From assembly GCA_040954595.2 (NCBI GenBank), contig CM082578.2:9285519-9349518 (forward strand): 64,000 nt of DNA. The letters are read 5' to 3'. The notes under the pieces are model-generated. The model saw nothing but the letters and a program-made list of their open reading frames with translations, did no database searches and was not told the DNA's origin. Each line of letters opens with the position of its first letter. The stretch's first letter is position 1. Of the stretch, positions 40,401 through 52,907 are shown piece after piece. Origin of the DNA: Balanoglossus misakiensis. Its lineage: Eukaryota > Animalia > Hemichordata. The position numbers were made by a program, and so were the translations under genes.

Positions 40401-43400
40401 TCGACTTTCCGAAATATCAAAATTTCTTCATTTTTTTGAAAAAAGCATGGGTTATAGCTCATGAAAATCGTCCAAAAATGACAATTTTTCGACTTTCCGA
40501 AATATCAAAATTTCTTCAATTTTTTGAAAAAAGCATGGGTTATAGCTCATGAAAATCGTCCAAAAATGACAATTTTTCGACTTTCCGAAATATCAAAATT
40601 TCTTCATTTTTTTGAAAAAAGCATGGGTTATAGCTCATGAAAATCATCCAAAAATGACAATTTTTCGACTTTCCGAAATATCAAAATTTCTTCATTTTTT
40701 TGAAAAAAGCATGGGTTATAGCTCATGAAAATCGTCCAAAAATGACAATTTTTCGACTTTCCGAAATATCAAAATTTCTTCAATTTTTTGAAAAAAGCAT
40801 GGGTTATAGCTCATGAAAATCGTCCAAAAATGACAATTTTTCGACTTTCCGAAATATCAAAATTTCTTCATTTTTTTGAAAAAAGCATGGGTTATAGCTC
40901 ATGAAAATCGTCCAAAAATGACAATTTTTCGACTTTCCGAAATATCAAAATTTCTTCATTTTTTTGAAAAAAGCATGGGTTATAGCTCATGAAAATCATC
41001 CAAAAATGACAATTTTTCGACTTTCCGAAATATCAAAATTTCTTCATTTTTTTGAAAAAAGCATGGGTTATAGCTCATGAAAATCATCCAAAAATGACAA
41101 TTTTTCGACTTTCCGAAATATCAAAATTTCTTCATTTTTTTGAAAAAAGCATGGGTTATAGCTCATGAAAATCATCCAAAAATAACAATTTTTCGACTTT
41201 CCGAAATATCAAAATTTCTTCATTTTTTTGAAAAAAGCATGGGTTATAGCTCATGAAAATCATCCAAAAATGACAATTTTTCGACTTTCCGAAATATCAA
41301 AATTTCTTCATTTTTTTGAAAAAAGCATGGGTTATAGCTCATGAAAATCATCCAAAAATGACAATTTTTCGACTTTCCGAAATATCAAAATTTCTTCATT
41401 TTTTTGAAAAAAGCATGGGTTATAGCTCATGAAAATCATCCAAAAATGACAATTTTTCGACTTTCCGAAATATCAAAATTTCTTCATTTTTTTGAAAAAA
41501 GCATGGGTTATAGCTCATGAAAATCATCCAAAAATGACAATTTTTCGACTTTCCGAAATATCAAAATTTCTTCATTTTTTTGAAAAAAGCATGGGTTATA
41601 GCTCATGAAAATCATCCAAAAATGACAATTTTTCGACTTTCCGAAATATCAAAATTTCTTCATTTTTTTGAAAAAAGCATGGGTTATAGCTCATGAAAAT
41701 CATCCAAAAATGACAATTTTTCGACTTTCCGAAATATCAAAATTTCTTCATTTTTTTGAAAAAAGCATGGGTTATAGCTCATGAAAATCATCCAAAAATG
41801 ACAATTTTTCGACTTTCCGAAATATCAAAATTTCTTCATTTTTTTGAAAAAAGCATGGGTTATAGCTCATGAAAATCATCCAAAAATGACAATTTTTCGA
41901 CTTTCCGAAATATCAAAATTTCTTCATTTTTTTGAAAAAAGCATGGGTTATAGCTCATGAAAATCATCCAAAAATGACAATTTTTCGACTTTCCGAAATA
42001 TCAAAATTTCTTCATTTTTTTGAAAAAAGCATGGGTTATAGCTCATGAAAATCATCCAAAAATGACAATTTTTCGACTTTCCGAAATATCAAAATTTCTT
42101 CATTTTTTTGAAAAAAGCATGGGTTATAGCTCATGAAAATCATCCAAAAATGACAATTTTTCGACTTTCCGAAATATCAAAATTGCTTCATTTTTTTGAA
42201 AAAAGCATGGGTTATAGCTCATGAAAATCATCCAAAAATGACAATTTTTCGACTTTCCGAAATATCAAAATTTCTTCATTTTTTTGAAAAAAGCATGGGT
42301 TATAGCTCATGAAAATCATCCAAAAATAACAATTTTTCGACTTTCCGAAATATCAAAATTTCTTCATTTTTTTGAAAAAAGCATGGGTTATAGCTCATGA
42401 AAATCATCCAAAAATGACAATTTTTCGACTTTCCGAAATATCAAAATTTCTTCATTTTTTTGAAAAAAGCATGGGTTATAGCTCATGAAAATCATCCAAA
42501 AATGACAATTTTTCGACTTTCCGAAATATCAAAATTTCTTCATTTTTTTGAAAAAAGCATGGGTTATAGCTCATGAAAATCATCCAAAAATGACAATTTT
42601 TCGACTTTCCGAAATATCAAAATTTCTTCATTTTTTTGAAAAAAGCATGGGTTATAGCTCATGAAAATCGTCCAAAAATGACAATTTTTCGACTTTCCGA
42701 AATATCAAAATTTCTTCATTTTTTTGAAAAAAGCATGGGTTATAGCTCATGAAAATCGTCCAAAAATGACAATTTTTCGACTTTCCGAAATATCAAAATT
42801 TCTTCATTTTTTTGAAAAAAGCATGGGTTATAGCTCATGAAAATCGTCCAATAATGACAATTTTTCGACTTTCCGAAATATCAAAATTTCTTCATTTTTT
42901 TGAAAAAAGCATGGGTTAAAGCTCATGAAAATCGTCCAAAAATGACAATTTTTCGACTTTCCGAAATTTCAAAATTTCTTCATTTTTTTGAAAAAAGCAT
43001 GGGTTATAGCTCATGAAAATCGTCCAAAAATGACAATTTTTCGACTTTCCGAAATATCAAAATTTCTTCATTTTTTTGAAAAAAGCATGGGTTATAGCTC
43101 ATGAAAATCGTCCAAAAATGACAATTTTTCGACTTTCCGAAATATCAAAATTTCTTCAATTTTTTGAAAAAAGCATGGGTTATAGCTCATGAAAATCGTC
43201 CAAAAATGACAATTTTTCGACTTTCCGAAATATCAAAATTTCTTCATTTTTTTGAAAAAAGCATGGGTTATAGCTCATGAAAATCATCCAAAAATGACAA
43301 TTTTTCGACTTTCCGAAATATCAAAATTTCTTCATTTTTTTGAAAAAAGCATGGGTTATAGCTCATGAAAATCGTCCAAAAATGACAATTTTTCGACTTT

Positions 43401-46400
43401 CCGAAATATCAAAATTTCTTCAATTTTTTGAAAAAAGCATGGGTTATAGCTCATGAAAATCGTCCAAAAATGACAATTTTTCGACTTTCCGAAATATCAA
43501 AATTTCTTCAATTTTTTGAAAAAAGCATGGGTTATAGCTCATGAAAATCATCCAAAAATGACAATTTTTCGACTTTCCGAAATATCAAAATTTCTTCATT
43601 TTTTTGAAAAAAGCATGGGTTATAGCTCATGAAAATCATCCAAAAATGACAATTTTTCGACTTTCCGAAATATCAAAATTTCTTCATTTTTTTGAAAAAA
43701 GCATGGGTTATAGCTCATGAAAATCATCCAAAAATGACAATTTTTCGACTTTCCGAAATATCAAAATTTCTTCATTTTTTTGAAAAAAGCATGGGTTATA
43801 GCTCATGAAAATCATCCAAAAATGACAATTTTTCGACTTTCCGAAATATCAAAATTTCTTCATTTTTTTGAAAAAAGCATGGGTTATAGCTCATGAAAAT
43901 CATCCAAAAATGACAATTTTTCGACTTTCCGAAAAATCAAAATTTCTTCATTTTTTTGAAAAAAGCATGGGTTATAGCTCATGAAAATCATCCAAAAATG
44001 ACAATTTTTCGACTTTCCGAAATATCAAAATTTCTTCATTTTTTTGAAAAAAGCATGGGTTATAGCTCATGAAAATCATCCAAAAATGACAATTTTTCGA
44101 CTTTCCGAAATATCAAAATTTCTTCATTTTTTTGAAAAAAGCATGGGTTATAGCTCATGAAAATCATCCAAAAATGACAATTTTTCGACTTTCCGAAATA
44201 TCAAAATTTCTTCATTTTTTTGAAAAAAGCATGGGTTATAGCTCATGAAAATCATCCAAAAATGACAATTTTTCGACTTTCCGAAATATCAAAATTTCTT
44301 CATTTTTTTGAAAAAAGCATGGGTTATAGCTCATGAAAATCATCCAAAAATGACAATTTTTCGACTTTCCGAAATATCAAAATTTCTTCATTTTTTTGAA
44401 AAAAGCATGGGTTATAGCTCATGAAAATCATCCAAAAATGACAATTTTTCGACTTTCCGAAATATCAAAATTTCTTCATTTTTTTGAAAAAAGCATGGGT
44501 TATAGCTCATGAAAATCATCCAAAAATGACAATTTTTCGACTTTCCGAAATATCAAAATTTCTTCATTTTTTTGAAAAAAGCATGGGTTATAGCTCATGA
44601 AAATCATCCAAAAATGACAATTTTTCGACTTTCCGAAATATCAAAATTTCTTCATTTTTTTGAAAAAAGCATGGGTTATAGCTCATGAAAATCATCCAAA
44701 AATGACAATTTTTCGACTTTCCGAAATATCAAAATTTCTTCATTTTTTTGAAAAAAGCATGGGTTATAGCTCATGAAAATCATCCAAAAATGACAATTTT
44801 TCGACTTTCCGAAAAATCAAAATTTCTTCATTTTTTTGAAAAAAGCATGGGTTATAGCTCATGAAAATCATCCAAAAATGACAATTTTTCGACTTTCCGA
44901 AATATCAAAATTTCTTCATTTTTTTGAAAAAAGCATGGGTTATAGCTCATGAAAATCATCCAAAAATGACAATTTTTCGACTTTCCGAAATATCAAAATT
45001 TCTTCATTTTTTTGAAAAAAGCATGGGTTATAGCTCATGAAAATCATCCAAAAATGACAATTTTTCGACTTTCCGAAATATCAAAATTTCTTCATTTTTT
45101 TGAAAAAAGCATGGGTTATAGCTCATGAAAATCATCCAAAAATGACAATTTTTCGACTTTCCGAAATATCAAAATTTCTTCATTTTTTTGAAAAAAGCAT
45201 GGGTTATAGCTCATGAAAATCATCCAAAAATGACAATTTTTCGACTTTCCGAAATATCAAAATTTCTTCATTTTTTTGAAAAAAGCATGGGTTATAGCTC
45301 ATGAAAATCATCCAAAAATGACAATTTTTCGACTTTCCGAAATATCAAAATTTCTTCATTTTTTTGAAAAAAGCATGGGTTATAGCTCATGAAAATCATC
45401 CAAAAATGACAATTTTTCGACTTTCCGAAATATCAAAATTTCTTCATTTTTTTGAAAAAAGCATGGGTTATAGCTCATGAAAATCATCCAAAAATGACAA
45501 TTTTTCGACTTTCCGAAATATCAAAATTTCTTCATTTTTTTGAAAAAAGCATGGGTTATAGCTCATGAAAATCATCCAAAAATGACAATTTTTCGACTTT
45601 CCGAAATATCAAAATTTCTTCATTTTTTTGAAAAAAGCATGGGTTATAGCTCATGAAAATCATCCAAAAATGACAATTTTTCGACTTTCCGAAATATCAA
45701 AATTTCTTCATTTTTTTGAAAAAAGCATGGGTTATAGCTCATGAAAATCATCCAAAAATGACAATTTTTCGACTTTCCGAAATATCAAAATTTCTTCATT
45801 TTTTTGAAAAAAGCATGGGTTATAGCTCATGAAAATCATCCAAAAATGACAATTTTTCGACTTTCCGAAATATCAAAATTTCTTCATTTTTTTGAAAAAA
45901 GCATGGGTTATAGCTCATGAAAATCATCCAAAAATGACAATTTTTCGACTTTCCGAAATATCAAAATTTCTTCATTTTTTTGAAAAAAGCATGGGTTATA
46001 GCTCATGAAAATCATCCAAAAATGACAATTTTTCGACTTTCCGAAATATCAAAATTTCTTCATTTTTTTGAAAAAAGCATGGGTTATAGCTCATGAAAAT
46101 CATCCAAAAATGACAATTTTTCGACTTTCCGAAATATCAAAATTTCTTCATTTTTTTGAAAAAAGCATGGGTTATAGCTCATGAAAATCATCCAAAAATG
46201 ACAATTTTTCGACTTTCCGAAATATCAAAATTTCTTCATTTTTTTGAAAAAAGCATGGGTTATAGCTCATGAAAATCATCCAAAAATGACAATTTTTCGA
46301 CTTTCCGAAATATCAAAATTTCTTCATTTTTTTGAAAAAAGCATGGGTTATAGCTCATGAAAATCATCCAAAAATGACAATTTTTCGACTTTCCGAAATA

Positions 46401-49400
46401 TCAAAATTTCTTCATTTTTTTGAAAAAAGCATGGGTTATAGCTCATGAAAATCATCCAAAAATGACAATTTTTCGACTTTCCGAAATATCAAAATTTCTT
46501 CATTTTTTTGAAAAAAGCATGGGTTATAGCTCATGAAAATCATCCAAAAATGACAATTTTTCGACTTTCCGAAATATCAAAATTTCTTCATTTTTTTGAA
46601 AAAAGCATGGGTTATAGCTCATGAAAATCATCCAAAAATGACAATTTTTCGACTTTCCGAAATATCAAAATTTCATCATTTTTTGAAAAAAGCATGGGTT
46701 ATAGCTCATGAAAATCATCCAAAAATGACAATTTTTCGACTTTCCGAAATATCAAAATTTCTTCATTTTTTTGAAAAAAGCATGGGTTATAGCTCATGAA
46801 AATCATCCAAAAATGACAATTTTTCGACTTTCCGAAATATCAAAATTTCTTCATTTTTTTGAAAAAACCATGGGTTATAGCTCATGGAAATCATCCAAAA
46901 ATGACAATTTTTCGACTTTCCGAAATATCAACATTTCTTCATTTTTTTGAAAAAAGCATGGGTTGTAGCTCATGAAAATCATCCAAAAATGACAATTTTT
47001 CGACTTTCCGAAATATCAAAATTTCTTCATTTTTTTGAAAAAAGCATGGGTTGTAGCTCATGAAAATCATCCAAAAATGACAATTTTTCGACTTTCCGAA
47101 ATATCAAAATTTCTTCATTTTTTTGAAAAAAGCATGGGTTATAGCTCATGAAAATCGTCCAAAAATGACAATTTTTCGACTTTCCGAAATATCAAAATTT
47201 CTTCATTTTTTTGAAAAAAGCATGGGTTAAAGCTCATGAAAATCGTCCAAAAATGACAATTTTTCGACTTTCCGAAATTTCAAAATTTCTTCATTTTTTT
47301 GAAAAAAGCATGGGTTATAGCTCATGAAAATCTTCCAAAAATGACAATTTTTCGACTTTCCGAAATATCAAAATTTCTTCATTTTTTTAAAAAAAGCATG
47401 GGTTATAGCTCATGAAAATCGTCCAAAAATGACAATTTTTCGACTTTCCGAAATATCAAAATTTCTTCAATTTTTTGAAAAAAGCATGGGTTATAGCTCA
47501 TGAAAATCATCCAAAAATGACAATTTTTCGACTTTCCGAAATATCAAAATTTCTTCAATTTTTTGAAAAAAGCATGGGTTATAGCTCATGAAAATCATCC
47601 AAAAATGACAATTTTTCGACTTTCCGAAATATCAAAATTTCTTCAATTTTTTGAAAAAAGCATGGGTTATAGCTCATGAAAATCATCCAAAAATGACAAT
47701 TTTTCGACTTTCCGAAATATCAAAATTTCTTCATTTTTTTGAAAAAAGCATGGGTTATAGCTCATGAAAATCATCCAAAAATGACAATTTTTCGACTTTC
47801 CGAAATATCAAAATTTCTTCATTTTTTTGAAAAAAGCATGGGTTATAGCTCATGAAAATCATCCAAAAATGACAATTTTTCGACTTTCCGAAATATCAAA
47901 ATTTCTTCATTTTTTTGAAAAAAGCATGGGTTATAGCTCATGAAAATCATCCAAAAATGACAATTTTTCGACTTTCCGAAATATCAAAATTTCTTCATTT
48001 TATTGAAAAAACCATGGGTTATAGCTCATGAAAATCATCCAAAAATGACAATTTTTCGACTTTCCGAAATATCAAAATTTCTTCATTTTATTGAAAAAAC
48101 CATGGGTTATAGCTCATGAAAATCATCCAAAAATGACAATTTTTCGACTTTCCGAAATATCAAAATTTCTTCATTTTTTTGAAAAAACCATGGGTTATAG
48201 CTCATGAAAATCATCCAAAAATGACAATTTTTCGACTTTCCGAAATATCAAAATTTCTTCATTTTTTTGAAAAAACCATGGGTTATAGCTCATGAAAATC
48301 ATCCAAAAATGACAATTTTTCGACTTTCCGAAATATCAAAATTTCTTCATTTTTTTGAAAAAAGCATGGGTTATAGCTCATGAAAATCATCCAAAAATGA
48401 CAATTTTTCGACTTTCCGAAATATCAAAATTTCTTCATTTTTTTGAAAAAAGCATGGGTTATAGCTCATGAAAATCATCCAAAAATGACAATTTTTCGAC
48501 TTTCCGAAATATCAAAATTTCTTCATTTTTTTGAAAAAAGCATGGGTTATAGCTCATGAAAATCATCCAAAAATGACAATTTTTCGACTTTCCGAAATAT
48601 CAAAATTTCTTCATTTTTTTGAAAAAAGCATGGGTTATAGCTCATGAAAATCATCCAAAAATGACAATTTTTCGACTTTCCTAAATATCAAAATTTCTTC
48701 ATTTTTTGAAAAAAGCATGGGTTATAGCTCATGAAAATCATCCAAAAATGACAATTTTTCGACTTTCCGAAATATCAAAATTTCTTCATTTTTTTGAAAA
48801 AACCATGGGTTATAGCTCATGAAAATCATCTAAAAATGACAATTTTTCGACTTTCCGAAATATCAAAATTTCTTCATTTTTTTGAAAAAACCATGGGTTA
48901 TAGCTCATGGAAATCATCCAAAAATGACAATTTTTCGACTTTCCGAAATATCAAAATTTCTTCATTTTTTTGAAAAAACCATGGGTTATAGCTCATGAAA
49001 ATCATCCAAAAATGACAATTTTTCGACTTTCCGAAATATCAAAATTTCTTCATTTTTTTGAAAAAACCATGGGTTATAGCTCATGAAAATCATCCAAAAA
49101 TGACAATTTTTCGACTTTCCGAAATATCAAAATTTCTTCATTTTTTTGAAAAAACCATGGGTTATAGCTCATGAAAATCATCCAAAAATGACAATTTTTC
49201 GACTTTCCGAAATATCAAAATTTCTTCATTTTTTTGAAAAAACCATGGGTTATAGCTCATGAAAATCATCCAAAAATGACAATTTTTCGACTTTCCGAAA
49301 TATCAAAATTTCTTCATTTTTTTGAAAAAAGCATGGGTTATAGCTCATGAAAATCATCCAAAAATGACAATTTTTCGACTTTCCTAAATATCAAAATTTC

Positions 49401-52400
49401 TTCATTTTTTTTGAAAAAAGCATGGGTTATAGCTCATGAAAATCGTCCAAAAATGACAATTTTTCGACTTTCCGAAATATCAAAATTTCTTCATTTTTTT
49501 GAAAAAAGCATGGGTTATAGCTCATGAAAATCATCCAAAAATGACAATTTTTCGACTTTCCGAAATATCAAAATTTCTTCATTTTTTTTGAAAAAAGCAT
49601 GGGTTATAGCTCATGAAAATCATCCAAAAATGACAATTTTTCGACTTTCCGAAATATCAAAATTTCTTCAATTTTTTGAAAAAAGCATGGGTTATAGCTC
49701 ATGAAAATCATCCAAAAATGACAATTTTTCGACTTTCCGAAATATCAAAATTTCTTCATTTTTTGAAAAAAGCATGGGTTATAGCTTATGAAAATCATCC
49801 AAAAATGACAATTTTTCGACTTTCCGAAATATCAAAATTTCTTCATTTTTTTGAAAAAACCATGGGTTATAGCTCATGAAAATCATCCAAAAATGACAAT
49901 TTTTCGACTTTCCGAAATATCAAAATTTCTTCATTTTTTTGAAAAAACCATGGGTTATAGCTCATGAAAATCATCCAAAAATGACAATTTTTCGACTTTC
50001 CGAAATATCAAAATTTCTTCATTTTTTTGAAAAAAGCATGGGTTATAGCTCATGAATATCATCCAAAAATGACAATTTTTTGACTTTCCGAAATATCAAA
50101 ATTTCTTCATTTTTTTGAAAAAACCATGGGTTATAGCTCATTTAAATCATCCAAAATGACAATTTTTCGACTTTCCGAAATATCAAAATTTCTTCATTTT
50201 TTTTGAAAAAAGCATGGGTTATAGCTCATGAAAATCATCCAAAAATGACAATTTTTCGACTTTCCGAAATATCAAAATTTCTTCATTTTTTTGAAAAAAG
50301 CATGGGTTATAGATCATGAAAATCGTCCAAAAATGACAATTTTTCGACTTTCCGAAATATCAAAATTTCTTCATTTTTTTGAAAAAAGCATGGGTTATAG
50401 CTCATTTAAATCGTCCAAAAATGACAATTTTTCGACTTTCCGAAATATCAAAATTTCTTCATTTTTTTGAAAAAAGCATGGGTTATAGCTCATGAAAATC
50501 ATCCAAAAATGACAATTTTTCGACTTTCCGAAATATCAAAATTTCTTCATTTTTTTGAAAAAAGCATGGGTTATAGCTCATGAATATCATCCAAAAATGA
50601 CAATTTTTTGACTTTCCGAAATATCAAAATTTCTTCATTTTTTTGAAAAAACCATGGGTTATAGCTCATTTAAATCATCCAAAAATGACAATTTTTCGAC
50701 TTTCCGAAATATCAAAATTTCTTCATTTTTTTTGAAAAAAGCATGGGTTATAGCTCATGAAAATCATCCTAAAATGACAATTTTTCGACTTTCCGAAATA
50801 TCAAAATTTCTTCATTTTTTTGAAAAAAGCATGGGTTATAGCTCATGAAAATCATCCAAAAATGACAATTTTTCGACTTTCCGAAATATCAAAATTTCTT
50901 CATTTTTTTGAAAAAAGCATGGGTTATAGCTCATGAAAATCATCCAAAAATGACAATTTTTCGACTTTCCGAAATATCAAAATTTCTTCATTTTTTTGAA
51001 AAAAGCATGGGTTATAGCTCATGAAAATCATCCAAAAATGACAATTTTTCGACTTTCCGAAATATCAAAATTTCTTCATTTTTTGAAAAAGCATGGGTTA
51101 TAGCTCATGAAAATCATCCAAAAATGACAATTTTTCGACTTTCCGAAATATCAAAATTTCTTCATTTTTTTGAAAAAAGCATGGGTTATAGCTCATGAAA
51201 ATCATCCAAAAATGACAATTTTTCGACTTTCCGAAATATCAAAATTTCTTCATTTTTTTGAAAAAAGCATTGGTTGTAGCTCATGAAAATCATCCAAAAA
51301 TGACAATTTTTCGATTTTCCGAAATATCAAAATTTCTTCATTTTTTTGAAAAAAGCATGGGTTGTAGCTCATGAAAATCATCCAAAAATGACAATTTTTC
51401 GACTTTCCGAAATATCAAAATTTCTTCATTTTTTTGAAAAAAGCATGGGTTGTAGCTCATGAAAATCATCCAAAAATGACAATTTTTCGACTTTCCGAAA
51501 TATCAAAATTTCTTCATTTTTTTGAAAAAAGCATGGGTTGTAGCTCATGAAAATCATCCAAAAATGACAATTTTTCGACTTTCCGAAATATCAAAATTTC
51601 TTCATTTTTTTGAAAAAAGCATGGGTTGTAGCTCATGAAAATCATCCAAAAATGACAATTTTTCGACTTTCCGAAATATCAAAATTTCTTCATTTTTTTG
51701 AAAAAAGCATGGGTTATAGCTCATGAAAATCATCCAAAAATGACAATTTTTCGACTTTCCGAAATATCAAAATTTCTTCATTTTTTTGAAAAAAGCATGG
51801 GTTATAGCTCATGAAAATCATCCAAAAATGACAATTTTTCGACTTTCCGAAATATCAAAATTTCTTCATTTTTTTGAAAAAAGCATGGGTTATAGCTCAT
51901 GAAAATCATCCAAAAATGACAATTTTTCGACTTTCCGAAATATCAAAATTTCTTCATTTTTTTGAAAAAAGCATGGGTTATAGCTCATGAAAATCATCCA
52001 AAAATGACAATTTTTCGACTTTCCGAAATATCAAAATTTCTTCATTTTTTGAAAAAAGCATGGGTTATAGCTCATGAAAATCATCCAAAAATGACAATTT
52101 TTCGACTTTCCGAAATATCAAAATTTCTTCATTTTTTTGAAAAAAGCATGGGTTATAGCTCATGAAAATCATCAAAAAATGACAATTTTTCGACTTTCCG
52201 AAATATCAAAATTTCTTCATTTTTTTGAAAAAGCATGGGTTATAGCTCATGAAAATCATCCAAAAATGACAATTTTTCGACTTTCCGAAATGTCAAAATT
52301 TCTTCATTTTTTTGAAAAAAGCATGGGTTATAGCTCATGAAAATCATCCAAAAATGACAATTTTTCGACTTTCCGAAATGTCAAAATTTCTTCATTTTTT

Positions 52401-52828
52401 TGAAAAAAGCATGGGTTATAGCTCATGAAAATCATCCCAAAATGACATTTTTCGACTTTCCGAAATGTCAAAATTTCTTCATTTTTTTGAAAAAACATGG
52501 GTTATAGGTCATGAAAATCATCCAAAAATGACAATTTATCGACTTTCCGAAATGTCAAAATTTCTTCATTTTTTTGAAAAAAGCATGGGTTATAGCTCTT
52601 GAAAATCATCCAAAAATGACAATTTTTCGACTTTCCGAAATATCAAAATTTCTTCATTTTTTTGAAAAAAGCATGGGTTATAGCTCATGAAAATCATCCA
52701 AAAATGACAATTTTTCGTCTTTGCGAAATTTCAAAATTTCTTCATTTTTCGAAAAAAAATCACGGGTTTAGCTCATGAAAATCATCCAAAAATGACAATT
52801 TTTCGACTTTGCGAATTTTCAAAATTTC
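31471..52828. repeat. 88-bp satellite DNA array, about 243 head-to-tail copies (~21.4 kb)
   Basis: Consensus CATCCAAAAATGACAATTTTTCGACTTTCCGAAATATCAAAATTTCTTCATTTTTTTGAAAAAAGCATGGGTTATAGCTCATGAAAAT (88 nt). The line pattern recurs every 1320 bp (15 units) from 31561 to 39481, confirming the period. Confidence 0.99.
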
Positions 52829-52837
52829 GTATCTTTT

Positions 52838-52907
52838 CATCCATACATCCATTCAAGCACACAGACACACACACACACACACATATATACATGTACATAC
52901 ATACACA
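52838..52907. repeat. Compound (CATC/CATA)-(CA)n-(CATA)n microsatellite abutting the satellite
   Basis: CATCCATACATCCATTC..CACACAGACACACACACACACACACATATATACATGTACATACATACAC. Confidence 0.85.

Noticed and set aside
39814-52340. Repeated ORFs (MKKAWVIAHENHPK..., MSYNPCFFQK...)
   Set aside because: 88 is not a multiple of 3 and the consensus has several stops per 264-nt cycle; these ORFs appear only where an indel happens to skip a stop.
31471-52828. CRISPR-like array
   Set aside because: Units are contiguous and near-identical, with no unique spacers and no cas genes; the context is eukaryotic.
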